DNA from: Okamejei kenojei | Lineage: Eukaryota | DNA: 64,000 nucleotides | Reading direction: 5' to 3' | Assembly (NCBI GenBank): GCA_035221665.1 | Contig: CM069142.1 | Location: 58,280,001 to 58,344,000 of the forward strand | In this document: piece after piece, positions 39,601 through 52,329 of the stretch | Numbering within the stretch: the first letter of the stretch is position 1 | How the letters are laid out: the number at the start of each line of letters is the position of its first letter | Program-made: the position numbers and the translations under genes | Notes under the pieces: model-generated | Told to the model about the DNA's origin: nothing | The model's database searches: none | Seen by the model: the letters and a program-made list of their open reading frames with translations, nothing else

Positions 39601-42600
39601 ATTCGACTCATCCCACTAGGTATGGATGTTGCACTCGTCTCACCTGGAGTCATTGATGAAGTGGTCTCAGATGATTTAGCTGTTGTGAATAACTCAACTG
39701 CTGTCGCTGTTGACCTGGTCTCACCTGGTGTACTTGTTGAAGTGGTCTCACCTGGTATAACTGTTGAGGTGGTCTCAGCTTCCGTCGCTGTTGAGGTAGT
39801 CTCAACTCGTGTTACTAGAGAGGTGGTCTCTTCTGAGGTCATTGTAATGGTGGTCTCAGCTGGTGTAATTGTTGATGTGGTCTCAGCTGGAATCGTTCTT
39901 AAGCTGGTCTCCGCTGGTGTTACTGTTGGATTGGTCTCAACTTGTGTAGCTGTGGAAGCTGACTCCATGCGTGTGGTTGATGAAGTGGTCCCAGATATTG
40001 TGGCTGTAGGAGTAGTCACAGCTGGTGCAGTTGTGCTGGTCTTGAGTAGTGTCACTGTTGGGATGGGTGTATCTGGTGTTGTTGTTGAGATGGTCTCAGA
40101 TGGTCTCACTGTTGATGTGGTCTCACGTGTTCTCTCTCTTGAGTTGGTCACACCTGGTGTTATGGATGAAGATGCCTCAACTGGTGCGGCTATAGGAGTG
40201 GTCTCTGCCGGTGAAGTTGTTGAAGTGACTTTTGTCAGTGACGTTTTTAAGGTGCTCTCAGATGACTTCACTGTAAGAGTGGTCACTGCTGGTGTAGTTT
40301 CACTGGTCTCATCCTGTATCGCTGTTAAGAAAGTTTTAGCTGTTAAGTTGATCTGATCTGGCTTAGTTGTTGAGGTGGCCTCAGCTAGTGAAATTATTGA
40401 GGTGGCCTCACCTTGTGTAGTTCTTGAGGTTGTCTCAGCTCGTGTAGTTGTTGATGTGGTCTCAACTGGTGTAGTGCTTGAGCTGGCCTCAGCTGGTGTT
40501 GGTGACCTGCTGTCAAATGGAGTTGCTGTTGAGATAGTCTTAGCTGGTGACATTGTTGAAGTTGTCTCAGCTGATGTAACGTTGAAGGTGGTCTCATCTG
40601 GTGTCACTGTTGAGGTGATCTCAGCTGATGCAGCAGTTGTGGTGGTCTCACCTACTGTCACTGTTGCAATGGTTTCAGCTGCTGAAGCTGTTGTTGTGGA
40701 GTCAGCTGGTGTAATAGTTGAGCTGGTCTCAGCTGGTGTCGCTGTTGATCTGGTCCCTCTTGGTGTAGCTATTGGGTTCATGTCATCTGAAGTAGTTGTT
40801 GGGGTGGTCTCAGCAGATGTCGCTGCTGAGGTGGTCTCAGCAGGTGTCACTGGTGAGGTGGTCTCAGCCGAACTTACAGTTGAAGTTGTCTCAGCTGTTA
40901 TCTCTCTTGGGGTGGTTTCAGGTGGAGTCATTGTGGAGATGGTCACACTTGGGGTAGTTGTTGAGCTCGTCCCACCAGGTGCAGATATTGTGGTTCTCTC
41001 ACCTGGAGTAATTGATGAGGTTATCTCAGCTGACGTAGCGGTTGAGAATACCTTAGCAACTGTCACTGTTGACCTGGTCTCACCTGCTGTAGTTGTTGAA
41101 GTGGACTCACCTCGTGTAACTGTTGAGGTGTTCTCAGCCTCTGTCATTGTCGCAGTGATCTCCGCTGGTTTCACTGTTGAGGTGGTCTCAACTGGTGTTG
41201 TAGGTGTAGATGCCTCAGCTGGTGTTGCTGTTGGATTGGTCTCAACTGGTGTAGTTGTGGAGGTAGTCTCTGGGAATGTGGTTGTCACAGTGGTCTCAGC
41301 TGGTGTTGCTGTTGAGCTTGTCTCAGCTGGTGTCGCTGTTGGAGTGGTCTCAACTACTATAGATATAGAGATGGTCTCTGCCGATGTAGTTATTGAAGGG
41401 GCCTGTGTTGGTGTCGCTTTTGAGATGGTCTCAGATAGTGTCACTGTAGGAGTGGTCACAGCCGGTGTTGCTGTTGTGCTGGACTCCACTTGCGATGCTC
41501 TTGTGGTGGTCTCTGCTGGTGCATTTGCTGAGGAGGCCTCAGCTGTTGATACTATTGAAGTGGTCTCAGCTGATGTTATTGTTGAAGTGATCTCATCTGG
41601 TGTTACTTTTGAGATGGTCTCTGTTAGTGTAGTAGTTGAGGTAGTCTCAGCTGGTGTTACTTTTGAAATGGTCTCAGTTTGTGCGGTTGTTGAGATAGTC
41701 TCACCTAGTGTAGCAGTTGAGGTTCTCTCAGCTGGTGTCAGCATTGATGTGGTCTCAAATGATGTTGCTGTTGAGATAGTCTCTGCAGGTGCGGTTGTTG
41801 AAGTGGTCTCAGCTAGTGTCGCTTTTAAGGTAGTCTGATCTGGAATAGTTGTTGAGGTGGCCTCAGTTAGTGTAATTATTGAAGTGATCTCACCTGGTGT
41901 AGTTCGTGAAGTAGTTTCTGCTTGTGTGGTTGTTGATGTGGTCTCAACTGGTGTAGTAGCTGAGCTGGCCTCAACTAGCATTGTTGACCTGCTGTTAAAT
42001 GGGGTTGCTGTTGAGATGGTCTCAGCTGCTATAGGGTTGATGGTGGTCTCATCTGGTGTCACTGTTGAGATGGTCTCATCTGGCGATGCTATTATGGTGG
42101 TCTCAACTGGTGCAGCAGGTGCAGTGGTCTCAGCAGCTGCTGCTGTTGAGGTAGTCAATGTTGCAACTCGTTTAGCTGCTGAACTAGTCTCAGCTGGTGT
42201 TGCCGTTACAGTGGTCTCAGTTTGTGGTGCTGCTGAGGTGGTCACAGCTAGTGTCATTGTTGGAGTGATCTTATCAGTTGTAGCTGTTGAGATGGTCTCA
42301 CTTGGTGTAGTTGTTGAGGTGGTCTCAACAGATATCACTGTTGAGGTGGTCTCAGCAGGTGTAGATGCTGAGGTGGACTCTGTTGGTATTACTGTTGTGC
42401 CGGTCACATCTGGTAACACTGTTGATGTGGTCTCACTGGCTGTAGTTCTTGAAGTTGTTTCAGCCTGTGTTGTTGTTGATTTGGTCTCAACTGGTGTAGT
42501 GTTTTGGGTTATTGTTGAGCTTCTCTCAGCTGGTGTCAGCATTGATGTGGTCTCAAATGATGTTGCTGTTGGGATAGTCTCTGCAGGTGCATTTGTTGAA

Positions 42601-45600
42601 GTGGCCTCTGATAGTGTCGCTGTGGAGGTGATGACTGCTTGGGTTAGGGTTGAGGTGGTCTCAGCTGGTGTCGCTTTTAAGGTGATCAGATCTGGATTAG
42701 TTGAGGTGGCCTCAGCTAGTGTAATTGATGAGGTGGTCTCACCTGGTGTAGTTCTTGAAGTAGTCTCAGCTTGTGTGGCTGTTGATGTGGTCTCAACTGG
42801 TGTAGTAGCTGAGCTGACCTCAACTAGCATTGTTGTTGACCTGCTGTTAAATTGAGTTGCCGTTGAGGTGGTCCTAGCTGGTGTCATTGTTGAAGTGGTG
42901 TCAACTGCTATAGTGTTGAAGGTGGTCTCATCTGGTGTCACTGTTGAGATGGTCCTAGCTGGCAATGCCATTAAGGTGGTCTCAGCAGGTGCAGCAGTTG
43001 TAGTGGTCTCAGCAAGTGTTACTGTTGCAATGGTTTCAGATGGTAAAGCTGTTGATGTGGAGGTGGTGTCAACAAATGTCATTGCTGTGTTGGTCTCAGC
43101 AGGTGTGGATGCTGAGGTGGATTCTATTGGTGTTGAGTTGGTCGCATCTGGTAACACTGTCGAGGTGGTTTTACCGGCTGTAGTTCTTGAAATTTTATCA
43201 GCTCGTGTATTTGTTGATGTGGTCTCAACTCGCGTGGTGACTAAGCTGGCCTCAGCGAGCATTGTTGTCGGCCTGCTGTTAAATGGGGTTTCTGTTGAGG
43301 TGTTGTCAGTTGATGCAGCAGTTGCAGTGGTCTCATCTGGTGTCGCTCTTGAGGTGGTCTCACCCAGTGTCACTGTTGCAATGGTTTTAACTAGCGAAGC
43401 TGTGGATGTGTAGTACACTGTTGTGGTGATATCAGCTGGCACACTTGCTGAGGTGGACACACCTGGAGTAGTTCTTGAAGTTGTCTCAGCTTGTGTAGTT
43501 GTTGAGATGCTCTCAGGTAGTGTAGTTGTTGAGCTGGTCTCAGCTGGTGTTATTGTCGATGTGTCATTGGTTACTGTTAAGGTTCTCTCAGCTGGTGTCC
43601 GTATTGATGTGGTCTCAAATGATGTCGCTGTTGAGATAGTCTCTGTGGGTGTGGTTGTTGAAGGGGTCTCTGATAGTGTGGCTGTTGAGGTGATGTCTGC
43701 CTGGGTTACAGTTGAGGTGGTCTCAGCTGATGTCGCTTTTAAGGAGGTCTGATCTGGATTAGTTGTTGAGGTGGACTCACTCGTTGTGGTTCTTGAAGTA
43801 GTCTCAGCTTGTGTGGCTGTTGATGTGGTCTCAACTGGTGTAGTAGCTGAGCTGACCTCAACTAGCATTGTTGTTGACCTGCTGTTAAATTGAGTTGCCG
43901 TTGAGATGGTCCTAGCTGGTGTCCTTGTTGAAGTGGTCTCAACTGCTATAGTGTTGAAGGTGGTCTCGTCTGGTGTCACTGTTGAGATGGTCTTTGCTGG
44001 TGATGCCATTAAGGTGGTCTCAGCAGGTGCAGCAGTTGTAGTGGTCTCAGCAAGTGTTACTGTTGCAATGGTTTCAGATGGTAAAGCTGTTGATGTGGAG
44101 GTGGTGTCAACAAATGTCATTGCTGTGTTGGTCTCAGCAGGTGTGGATGCTGAGGTGGGCTCTATTGGTGTTGAGCCGGTCGCATCTGGTAACACTGTCG
44201 AGGTGGTCTTACTGGCTGTAGTTCTTGAAATTTTCTCAGCACGTGTATTTGTTGATGTGGTCTCCAATGGTGTGGTGTCTGAGCTGGCCTCAACTTGCGT
44301 TGTTGTTGGCCAGCTGTTAAATGGAGTTTGTTTTGAGATGGTGTCAGCTGATGTTGCAGTGGTCTCATCTGGTGTCGCTCTTGAGGTGGGCTCAGCTGGT
44401 GTTGCTGTTGTGATGTTCTCAGCCGGCGATGCTATTAAGGTGGTCTCAGCTGATGCAGCAGCTGTGGTGGTCTCAGTAGCTGCTGCTGTTGAGGAAGTCT
44501 CATCCAGTGTCACTGTTGCAATGGTTTTAGCTGTGGATGTGTAGTCCACTGATGTAATAGTTGAGATGGGCTCAGCTTGTTTTGCTGCTGAGGTGGTCAC
44601 AGTTGGAGTGGTCTTATCAGATGTAGCTGTAGGGATGGTCTCACTTGGTGTAGTTCTTGAGATAGTCTCCCCTTGTGTCACTGTTGGGTTGGTCTCATCA
44701 GATGTTGCAGTTGAGCTGGTCCCAGTGGGTGTTATTGTTAAATTGGTTTCATCTGGTGTTGTTATTGGGGTGCTGTCAGCTTGTGCTTCTATTGAAGTGG
44801 TCTCAGCCTGTGTCACTGTTGAGGTGGTTTCAGCTGATTTTGAGTTGTTTTCAACCTGCGTAGTTTTTGAGATGGTTTCAATTGCTATGGTTGTTAAGAT
44901 GGTCTCAGCCTGTATCGCTGCTGATGTGGTCTCAACTGTTACTATTGCTGAAGTGGCCCCAACTAGTGCAGCTGTTGAGGTGATCTCTACTGGTGTTGCT
45001 GTTGTGGTGATATCAGCTGGCACACTTGCTGAGTTGATCACACCTGAAGTAGTTCTTGAGGTTGTCTCAGCTTGTGTAGTTGTTGAGATGCTCTCAGCTA
45101 GTGTAGTAGTTGAGCTGGTCTCAGCTGGTGTTACTGTCGATGTTTTGTCTTGTGTTAATGTTGAGGTTCTCTCAGTTGGTGTCAACATTGATGTGGTCTC
45201 AAATGATGTTGCTGTTGAGATAGTCTCTGTGGATGTGGTTGTTGAAGTGGTCTCTGATAGTGTCGCTGTGGAGGTGGTTTCAACTGGTGTTGCTATTGAG
45301 ATGGTCTCGGCTGGCGTTTTCATTGAGCTGGTCTCAGCTGATATTAATGTTGAGGAGATATCAGCTGTTGATGTGGTCTCAGTTTGTGTAGTGTTGGATT
45401 TGGCCTCATCTTGTATTGCTGTTGAATTGGACTCAGCTGTTGTAGTTGTTGAGGTTGTCTCCTCTGGTGTCGCAGTTGACCTGATTTCTGCTTGTGCTGC
45501 TGTTGTGGTGGATTCTGTTAATGCTGTCAATGTGGTCACAGCAGGCATCGCTGCTGAAGTGGTCTGATCTGGTGTAGTTGTTGTGATGATCTCCTCTGGT

Positions 45601-48600
45601 GTCACTGTTGAAGAGGTCTCAAGTGATGTTACTATTTTGATGGTCTCAGCAGATGTCAATGTAGATGTGGTCTCAGCTGGTGTAGTCTTGGATGTGGTCT
45701 CACCTGGTGTCACTCTGGAAGTGATCTCAGCTGGTATCGCTGTTTGGGCTGTCTCAACTAGTGTTACAGTTGAGAAGGTCTCAGCTGGTGTTATTGTATT
45801 TGAGGTGGTTTCCATTGGTGTCGTTGCTGGGTTGGTCTCAGCTGGTGTCGTTATTGAGGTGGCAATGGCTAGCATTGCTGTTGGGGTGGTCTCATGTGGT
45901 GTCATTGTTGAGGTGGTCTGTGCTGGTGTTGCTGTAGGAGTTGTCTCAGCTGGTATTGTTGTTCGGGTTGTCTCAGCGGGTGTTGTTGTTGGGGTTGTCT
46001 CAGCGGTCAGAGCTGGTGTTACTGTTGAGGCTGTCACACCTGATGTAATTGTTAACATGGTCTTAGCTGGTATAGATGTTGACGTGGTCTTGGCCGGCAA
46101 AAACAGTGAGGTGGTCTCAGCTGCTGTCTCTGTTGAGGTTGACACATCTAGCGTAGTTGTTGCAGTGGTCTCAAATGTTGCTGCTGTTGCAGTTGTTTCA
46201 GCTGGTGTTGATGCCGCCATCGGCACAGTCGGCATAGCTGTTGAGGTGGTTTCAGCTAGTGTAGTTGTTGTGATGGTCTCCACTGTTGTCGCAGTTGCTG
46301 TGGTCTCCGCTAGTGTTGTCGAGGTGGCCTCAGTTCTTGAGGTGGTCTCAACTGGTGTTGTGGTTGTGGTGTCAGAGTTTATAGTTCCTAAGGAGGTCCA
46401 AGCTGATATTGCTGATGAGATGGTCTCACCTGAAGTAGTAGTTAATGTGTTCTCAGATGCCAATATTGCAGAGGCGGGCTCAGCGGTTGTTGTTGTTGAT
46501 GAGGTGCCAGCGGTTGTCGTTGAGGTGGCCTCAGTTGTTGTTGATGCTGTTGAGATGCTCTTCGCTGGTGTAGCTGTTGAGGCAGTCTGAACTTGTGTAA
46601 CTGTGATCTCAGTCATTGGTGTTGCAGGGGTTGTCACAACTGATGAAGAAGTAGAGGTACTTTTAGTAGATGTTCCTGTTGGTATGGTCTCAGCTAGCAT
46701 AGTTGTGGTCATCTCAGCTTGTGTAGTTGATGAAATGGTCTCAGCTGGTGTGGTTGTTGTAGTGGTCTTACCTAATGTCACTGTTGAGGTCGTCTCAGCA
46801 GAATTTCCTGCTGAGGGGGTCTCAGTCTGTGTTCCTATTGAAGTGATCTCGCCTTGTTTAGCAGTTGAGGTGGACAAAGGTACTAGAGGTGACATGATGG
46901 TTGTGGAGGTCTCAGCAGCTGTTATTTTCATGCTGGTCTCGCTTGTTGTAGTTGGTGTTGTTATCGCAACTGATGTATCTGCCAAATTTGACTTACCCGA
47001 TGTTAAAGATGGCATGGTCTTTGCTGGTGTAGTTATTGCTATTGTCTGATTTGATGTAGTTACTGACGTGGCCTCAGCTGGTTTATGCATTGTAGTGGGC
47101 ACGGCCAGTGTGTTTATTGAGGAGGATTCAAATGGTGAAGTTGTCGATGTAGTCTCACCTGCTGGAGGAATTGAGGTGGTCTCACCTGGTGCAGATGCTA
47201 CGAATGTTGAGATCACCTCAACTGGTGTCGGCGTTGATGTGGTCTCAGGAGGTGTACCTGCTGAGGTGGTCTCAGCTGGTGCAAACGTTGAGGAGGCCAT
47301 GGCCGTTGTCACTGTTGAGATGGTCACAGCTGGTTTAGACATTGAGGTGTGCTCTGCTGGTGTAGTTGCTTTTGTAGTCTCAGAGGATGTTGTTGCTAAG
47401 ATGGATTCAGCTGGTGTCATTGTTGGGGTTGTTTCACCTGGTGTGGTTGTTGATGTTCTCCCATCTGGTGTAATGGTTGAGCTGGTCTCTTTTTGTGTAA
47501 TGGTTGAGGTCGTCTGAGCTTCTGTTGTCAAGGTGGTCTCAGCTGATGTCGCTGTTGATGTTGTCTCAGCCCCTCTCACTGTTGCAGTGGTTTCATTTTG
47601 TAACGTTATTGAGATGGTCTCAGCTGGTACAGCCCTTGTGGCGGTCTCAGCTTGTGAAGCTGGTGAGATGGTCTCTGATGGCAATTTTGCTGAGGTGGTC
47701 TCAGCTTGTGCTGTTGTTGAAGTGGTCTGAGCTGGTGTAGTTGTCAGGATGGTCACAGCTGGTGTACCTGTTAAAGTGGTGACATGTGGTTTAGTTATTG
47801 ATGTGGTCTCAGCTGGGGCAATTGCTAAGGTTATCTGATCTTGTGTATTTGTTGTGCTGGTCCTGCCTGGAGTAGGTAAGGTTTTAGGTGCTGTAGGCAT
47901 TGAGGTTGTTTCATCTGGTATGGGTATTGATATAGTCGTACCTGGTGTAATTGTTGATATGGTCTGAAGTAGTGAGGTTCCTGTGGGGTTCACAGCTGAT
48001 GTAATTGTTGAGGTTATCTCAATATGTGTACGTGCTGAGATAGTCTCAGCTGGTGTAGTGATGGCTGTTTCAGATGTTTCAGTTGTTGACATTCTCTCAA
48101 CTGGTCTCATTGTTGAGTTGGTCTCAACTGGTGTAGTTGTTGAGGTGGTTATAGCCTGTGCATCTGTTAAGGTAGTATCAGGTTTTGTGGTTGGGATCAT
48201 CTTAGCCGATGCACTTGTTAATGTGGTCTCAGATGGTGTAGTTGCTGAGGTTGTCTCTGCCAATGTAGCTGTTAACCTTCTCCTAGTTGGCGTAGTTATT
48301 GTGTTATCCATTGTTGTGGTCTCATCTGGTGTAGTCATCTCTGCTGGAGTAACTTTTGAGGTGGTCACAGGCTGTGTATTTGTTGTGACGGTCTCAACTT
48401 GTTTTGTTGTGGTGCTGGACTCACCTGGTATAGCCTTTGAGGTTGTCACAGCTAGTGTTGTTGATGACAAGATCTCAGACGATGCATTTGGCGAGGTGTT
48501 CTCCGCCAGTCTAGTTGTTGAATTTCTTGCTGTAGTTTTTGTTTGTGATGTGTCTTCTGCAGTGATCGTTTGATTTTTCATACGTGTGGTTACTTTTTCG

Positions 48601-48685
48601 GTTGTTGCTTGGCTGTCTGTTCTGAATGTGCTGGAAAAACTCACCGTGGCATAAGTTGTCGTATAATTTGCTCTCACGTCTGCAT
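3840..48685 (-). CDS. Giant internal coding exon (~44.8 kb, ~14,900 codons) of a mucin-like Thr/Ser-rich extracellular protein, possibly a UMODL1-type mucin-FN3 protein
   Basis: A chain of long minus-strand ORFs (6009, 3067, 466, 250, 1207, 3958 aa) shares one T/S-rich 9-aa repeat character and is joined by 1-2 bp indels. Acceptor ttcttcttgcaattcag|AT GCA GAC GTG at 48686/48685; donor CCA TCC TGT G|gtaagt at 3840/3839. No transposon fragments or intron-like sequence inside. Confidence 0.88.
15692..19167 (-). CDS. Mucin exon segment 5
   Basis: ORF 15542..19165; ends at acagttttgtg (T4), where the paralogous unit at ~21269 has acagtttgtg (T3). Confidence 0.85.
19168..19910 (-). CDS. Mucin exon segment 4
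   Basis: ORF 19146..19898; ends at aacatggtgttctg, where the paralogous unit at ~14045 has aacatggtgtgttctg (2-bp loss). Confidence 0.8.
20253..21667 (-). CDS. Mucin exon segment 3
   Basis: ORF 20233..21633 with the same repeat peptide; it runs into the garbled patch 19911-20253. Confidence 0.8.
21668..30732 (-). CDS. Mucin exon segment 2 (~3,020 codons), SQTTAGET(T/M) repeats
   Basis: ORF 21611..30814; the frame is lost at gatctcttcctatgg (21667-21668), where paralogous units have gatctctcctatgg. Confidence 0.88.
30733..48685 (-). CDS. Mucin exon segment 1 (~5,980 codons): T/P/A/E-rich domain, then start of the Q/G/E/M-rich domain
   Basis: ORF 30648..48677 is stop-free for 18 kb; the frame is lost at tctccctgcag (30732-30734), where other repeat units have tctcctgcag. 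Confidence 0.9.
38620..48600 (-). repeat. Coding minisatellite domain A, degenerate 27-bp unit, peptide consensus about TTPAETTST
   Basis: Plus-strand motif gttgaggtggtctcagctggtgt recurs every ~27 bp; near-perfect triplication at ~39425-39520; ~1.04-kb internal duplication (42868 vs 43906). Confidence 0.9.
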
Positions 48686-48712
48686 CTGAATTGCAAGAAG
48701 AAATATATCATA
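48686..48712 (-). promoter_or_regulatory. 3' splice acceptor of the giant exon
   Basis: Minus strand atgatatatttcttcttgcaattcag| lies exactly where the T/S-rich coding composition begins. A second in-frame CAG lies 6 nt downstream. Confidence 0.8.
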
Positions 48713-48995
48713 TTTATCTGAATAATTTTGGAATTACTCTTATGTCTTTAGCACAATCTCTTTTGCAGAATGTTGCTCACCTTCTTTCCACTGTATAGAA
48801 TATTTTGTAGTTTGAATGTTGTGATTTTGTCTGTGGCTTTATCTGGTATGTAATCTAACCTTTGTTTAAATTGTGCATTGGACACTTGCGGTAACATTAC
48901 TGTATTTATTTATTTTTTTATTTTTTTATTTTTTTTGAGTAACCAAAGACCAGTTTAATTTCATATGCAAGCCAGATAAACAGAAATTATTTAAA

Positions 48996-49653
48996 TTTTT
49001 TTTTGTAAAATATTTTTATTAGAAGTAATTACATATTAGGAAGAGATAATATAAAATCAAAAAAAGGGAAATATTATTTGTCAGATACATTCTTAATATT
49101 TTTAAAATTTACAGTCAATCTTATTTGTACTTCTATATTTTTTATTTTATAACAGTAGGAAATAAAGATAGGTAATAAAAAGATAAAGAGATAAGAAAGA
49201 GATAAATAAAATGAGTGGAATATTAAGCAAGATATTCTTCATTGGAGATAGATTCATGATCTATTGTATATAATTCGTCATCTATTCCTTCATTCAGGCT
49301 TCAGTCATGGTCACGAACCGGACCACCTTAACCCTTTAAATATTCAATAAATGGAGACCATATTCCTCTGAAATGATCTAACCTGTCCATTAGGACAAGT
49401 CTTAATCGTTCCAGATGAAGTGTCTCCGACATTTCTGTAATCCAGATTTTGATTGTAGGGGATATGGGACCTTTCCAAAATCTTAATATTAATTTTTTAC
49501 CAATTATTAAACGATAACCAATAAAAATTATTTGTTGTGTTGTTAGTATCTGATCAGTTTCTAATATTCCGAATATAATTAATTTTGGGTCTGGAATTAA
49601 ATTTGCATTAACTACTTTCGAGATTATCTTAAACATTTCTGTCCATTACTGTT
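48996..49653 (-). mobile_element. 5'-truncated L1 LINE (ORF2 C-terminus, 3' UTR, polyA)
   Basis: ORF 49328..49636 (...GKKLILRFWKGPISPTIKIWITEM...FRGIWSPFIEYL) resembles fish L1 ORF2 ends; AATAAA and an A-tail at ~49020-48996; possible tttaaat TSD. Confidence 0.75.
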
Positions 49654-50324
49654 TTTAAATGACTGTAAAGACAGCTCATCAGCTTACCTTTCAGTAGATT
49701 AAAGTAGGCAGTTATCATAGAACATCGAACAGTACGGCACAAATGTTTGTGCCGAACATAATGCCAAGTTAAACTCATCTGCCTGCACGTCACCTCTATT
49801 CTTCCAGTTATAACATTTTATTTCAAGAGCTACTGCAAAGCAATCATTTGCATAATTTATGTGTAAATTCAGCTTTGTGATGAAATGTGATTTCTGAATT
49901 AACACCAACGTACAGGAACATTTCAGTAGATCAGACAGTATCTACAGAGAGAGATGAGTAAATAATTCAAACCCATGGCATTGCACATATTCTCCAATCT
50001 TAAAAGTGTTCATTCACTTTCTCCCTCTCCACAGATAGCACCTGAGCGTCAGAGTATTTCCACCATTTTATGTTTTTATTTCCGGTCCCCATATCTGTTT
50101 GGATCCTAGTTGCTCCTGTCTGCTGCTTTCCACCGTTTCCCTAATGTGCAGTGATCATGGTTCATTCTTGTGGGTAGCAGTTCTCTGCTGTACCTATGTG
50201 ATGTTAGGCAATACCTGGCACACAGAATGAAAATATACTCATTGCATGCGGAAATCCAGCACGTGGATATCCCAGATATTTCTTGCTGCAATTCCTCGAA
50301 TGGTAGCATTATGATTAAGTGGAT

Positions 50325-52085
50325 CCATATAACCATATAACAATTACAGCACGGAGACAGGCCCTCTCGGCCCTTCCAGTCCGTGCCGACCATTTGTTTT
50401 CCCCTAGTCCCATCTACCTGCACTCAGACCATACCCCTCCATTCCCTTCACGTCCATATACCTATCCACTTTACTTTTAAATGTTAAAATCGATCCTGCC
50501 TCCACCACCTCTGCTGGAAGCTCATTCCACACAGCCACCACCCTCTGAGTAAAGAAGTTCCCCCTCACGTTACCCCTAAACTTCTGTCCCTTAATTCTCA
50601 TGTCATGTCCTCTTGTTTGAATCTTCCTTACCCTCAATGGGAAAAGCTTATCCACGTCAACTCTGTCTATCCCTTCCATCATTTTAAAGACCTCAATCAA
50701 GTCCCCCCTTAACCTTCTGCGCTCCAAAGAATAAAGACCTAACTTGTTCAAACCTTTCTCTGTAACATAGTTGCTGGAACCCTGGCAACATTCTAGTAAA
50801 TCTCCTCTGTACTCTCTCTATTTTGTTGACATCCTTCCTATAACTAGGCGACCAAAATTGTACACCATACTCCAGAATTGGTCTTACCAATGCCTTGTAC
50901 AATTTTAACATTACTTCCCCACTCCTATATTCAATGCTCTGATTTATAAAGGCCAGCACACCAAAGGCTTTCTTTACCACCCTATCTACATGCGATTCCA
51001 CCTTCAGGGAACTATGCACAGTTATTTCTAGATCCCTCTGTTCCACAGCATTCCTCAATTCCCTACCATTTACCATGTACGTCCTATTTTGATTTGTCCT
51101 GCCAAGATGTAGCACTTCACACTTATCAGCATTAAACTCCATCTGCCATCTTTCAGCCCACTTTTCCAAATGGCCCAAATCTCTCTGTAGACTTTGAGAA
51201 TCTACTTCATTATCCACAATACCACCTATCTTAGTATCATCTGCATACTTACTTATCCAATTTTCCACCCCATCATCCAGATCATTGATGTACATGACAA
51301 ACAACAGTGGACCCAACACAGATCCCTGAGGCACCCCACTGGTCACCGGCTTCCAACCTGACAAACAGCCATCCACCATTACTCTCTGACATCTCCCATT
51401 CAGCCACTGTTGAATCCATCTTGCTACTCCGCCATTAACACCCAAAGATTGAACCTTCTGAACCAACCTTCCATGGGGAACCTTGTCAAAGGCCTTACTG
51501 AAATCCATATAGACAACATCCACTGCTTTACCCTCATCAATTTCCCTAGTTACTGCTTCAAAAAAATTCAAGAAGGTTTGTCAAACATGACCTTCCAGGC
51601 ACAAATCCATGTTGACTGTTCCTGATCAGACCCTGTTTATCCAGATGCTTATATATATTATCTCTAAGTATCTTTTCCATTAATTTGCCCACCACTGACG
51701 TCAAACTAATAGGTCTATAATTGCTAGGTTTATTCTTTGAACCCTTTTTAAACAATGGAACAACATGCGCAGTACGCCAATCCTCCGGCACTATTCCCGT
51801 TTCTAATGACATTTGAAATATTTCTGTCATAGCTCCTGCTATTTCTACACTAACTTCCCTCAATGTCCTAGGGAATATCCTGTCAGGACCTGGAGACTTA
51901 TCCACCTTTATATTTTTCAAAAGTGTCAGTACTTCCTCCTCTTTGAATCTCATAGTTTCCATAGCTACTCTACTTTTTTCCCTTACCTCACAGAGTTCAA
52001 TATCCTTCTCCTTGGTGAATACCGAAGAAAAGAAATTGTTCAATATCTCCCCCATCTCTTTTGGCTCTGCAGATAGCTGTCCATG
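50325..52085 (-). mobile_element. CR1 LINE, 5'-truncated, RT domain with frameshifts
   Basis: KSPGPD, NYRPISLTSVVGKLME, DFSKAFDKVPH, GVPQGSVLGPLLF and KYADDTK motifs; (ttatatgg)n tail. Confidence 0.95.
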
Positions 52086-52107
52086 TATTTTAGATTAAGT
52101 GGGTGGA

Positions 52108-52320
52108 GACACAGGGAGCTGCAGATGTTGGAATTTTGGACAAAGTACAAAGCGCTGGAGGAACTCTGCAGGTCAGGCAACATCTGTAGTAGGAGTGCAC
52201 AGGCAATGTTTCGGGTTGGGACTCTTCTTCAGGCACTCGGCCCGAAACATCATCTGTCCATTCCCACAACAGATGATGCCTGACCCCCCCGCCCCGAACC
52301 CCTCCAGCACTTTGTGATTT
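52108..52320. mobile_element. Palindromic (head-to-head) Penelope-like short repeat with hammerhead-like core
   Basis: acaaagcgctggagg...caggcaacatctg...tgtttcgggt / cccgaaaca...cagatgatgcctgacc...cctccagcactttgt inverted arms. Confidence 0.65.
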
Positions 52321-52329
52321 TGATTAAGT

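Noticed and set aside
3866-48573. Many plus-strand Val-rich (VVWDMVSPAVV) and Cys/Ser-rich (SCSSLG) ORFs
   Set aside because: These are antisense shadows of the repetitive Thr/Ser-rich minus-strand frame. They are repeatedly broken by stops while the minus frame stays open for up to 18 kb.
48675-48685. GTG/ATG as translation start of the 6009-aa ORF
   Set aside because: No signal peptide follows, the ATG at 48685 is out of frame, and the site coincides with a splice acceptor.
49682-49720. Strong donor-like AAG|GTAAGC on the minus strand
   Set aside because: Only ~30 nt of unique sequence lies between the L1 and a CR1 tail remnant, with no matching acceptor.
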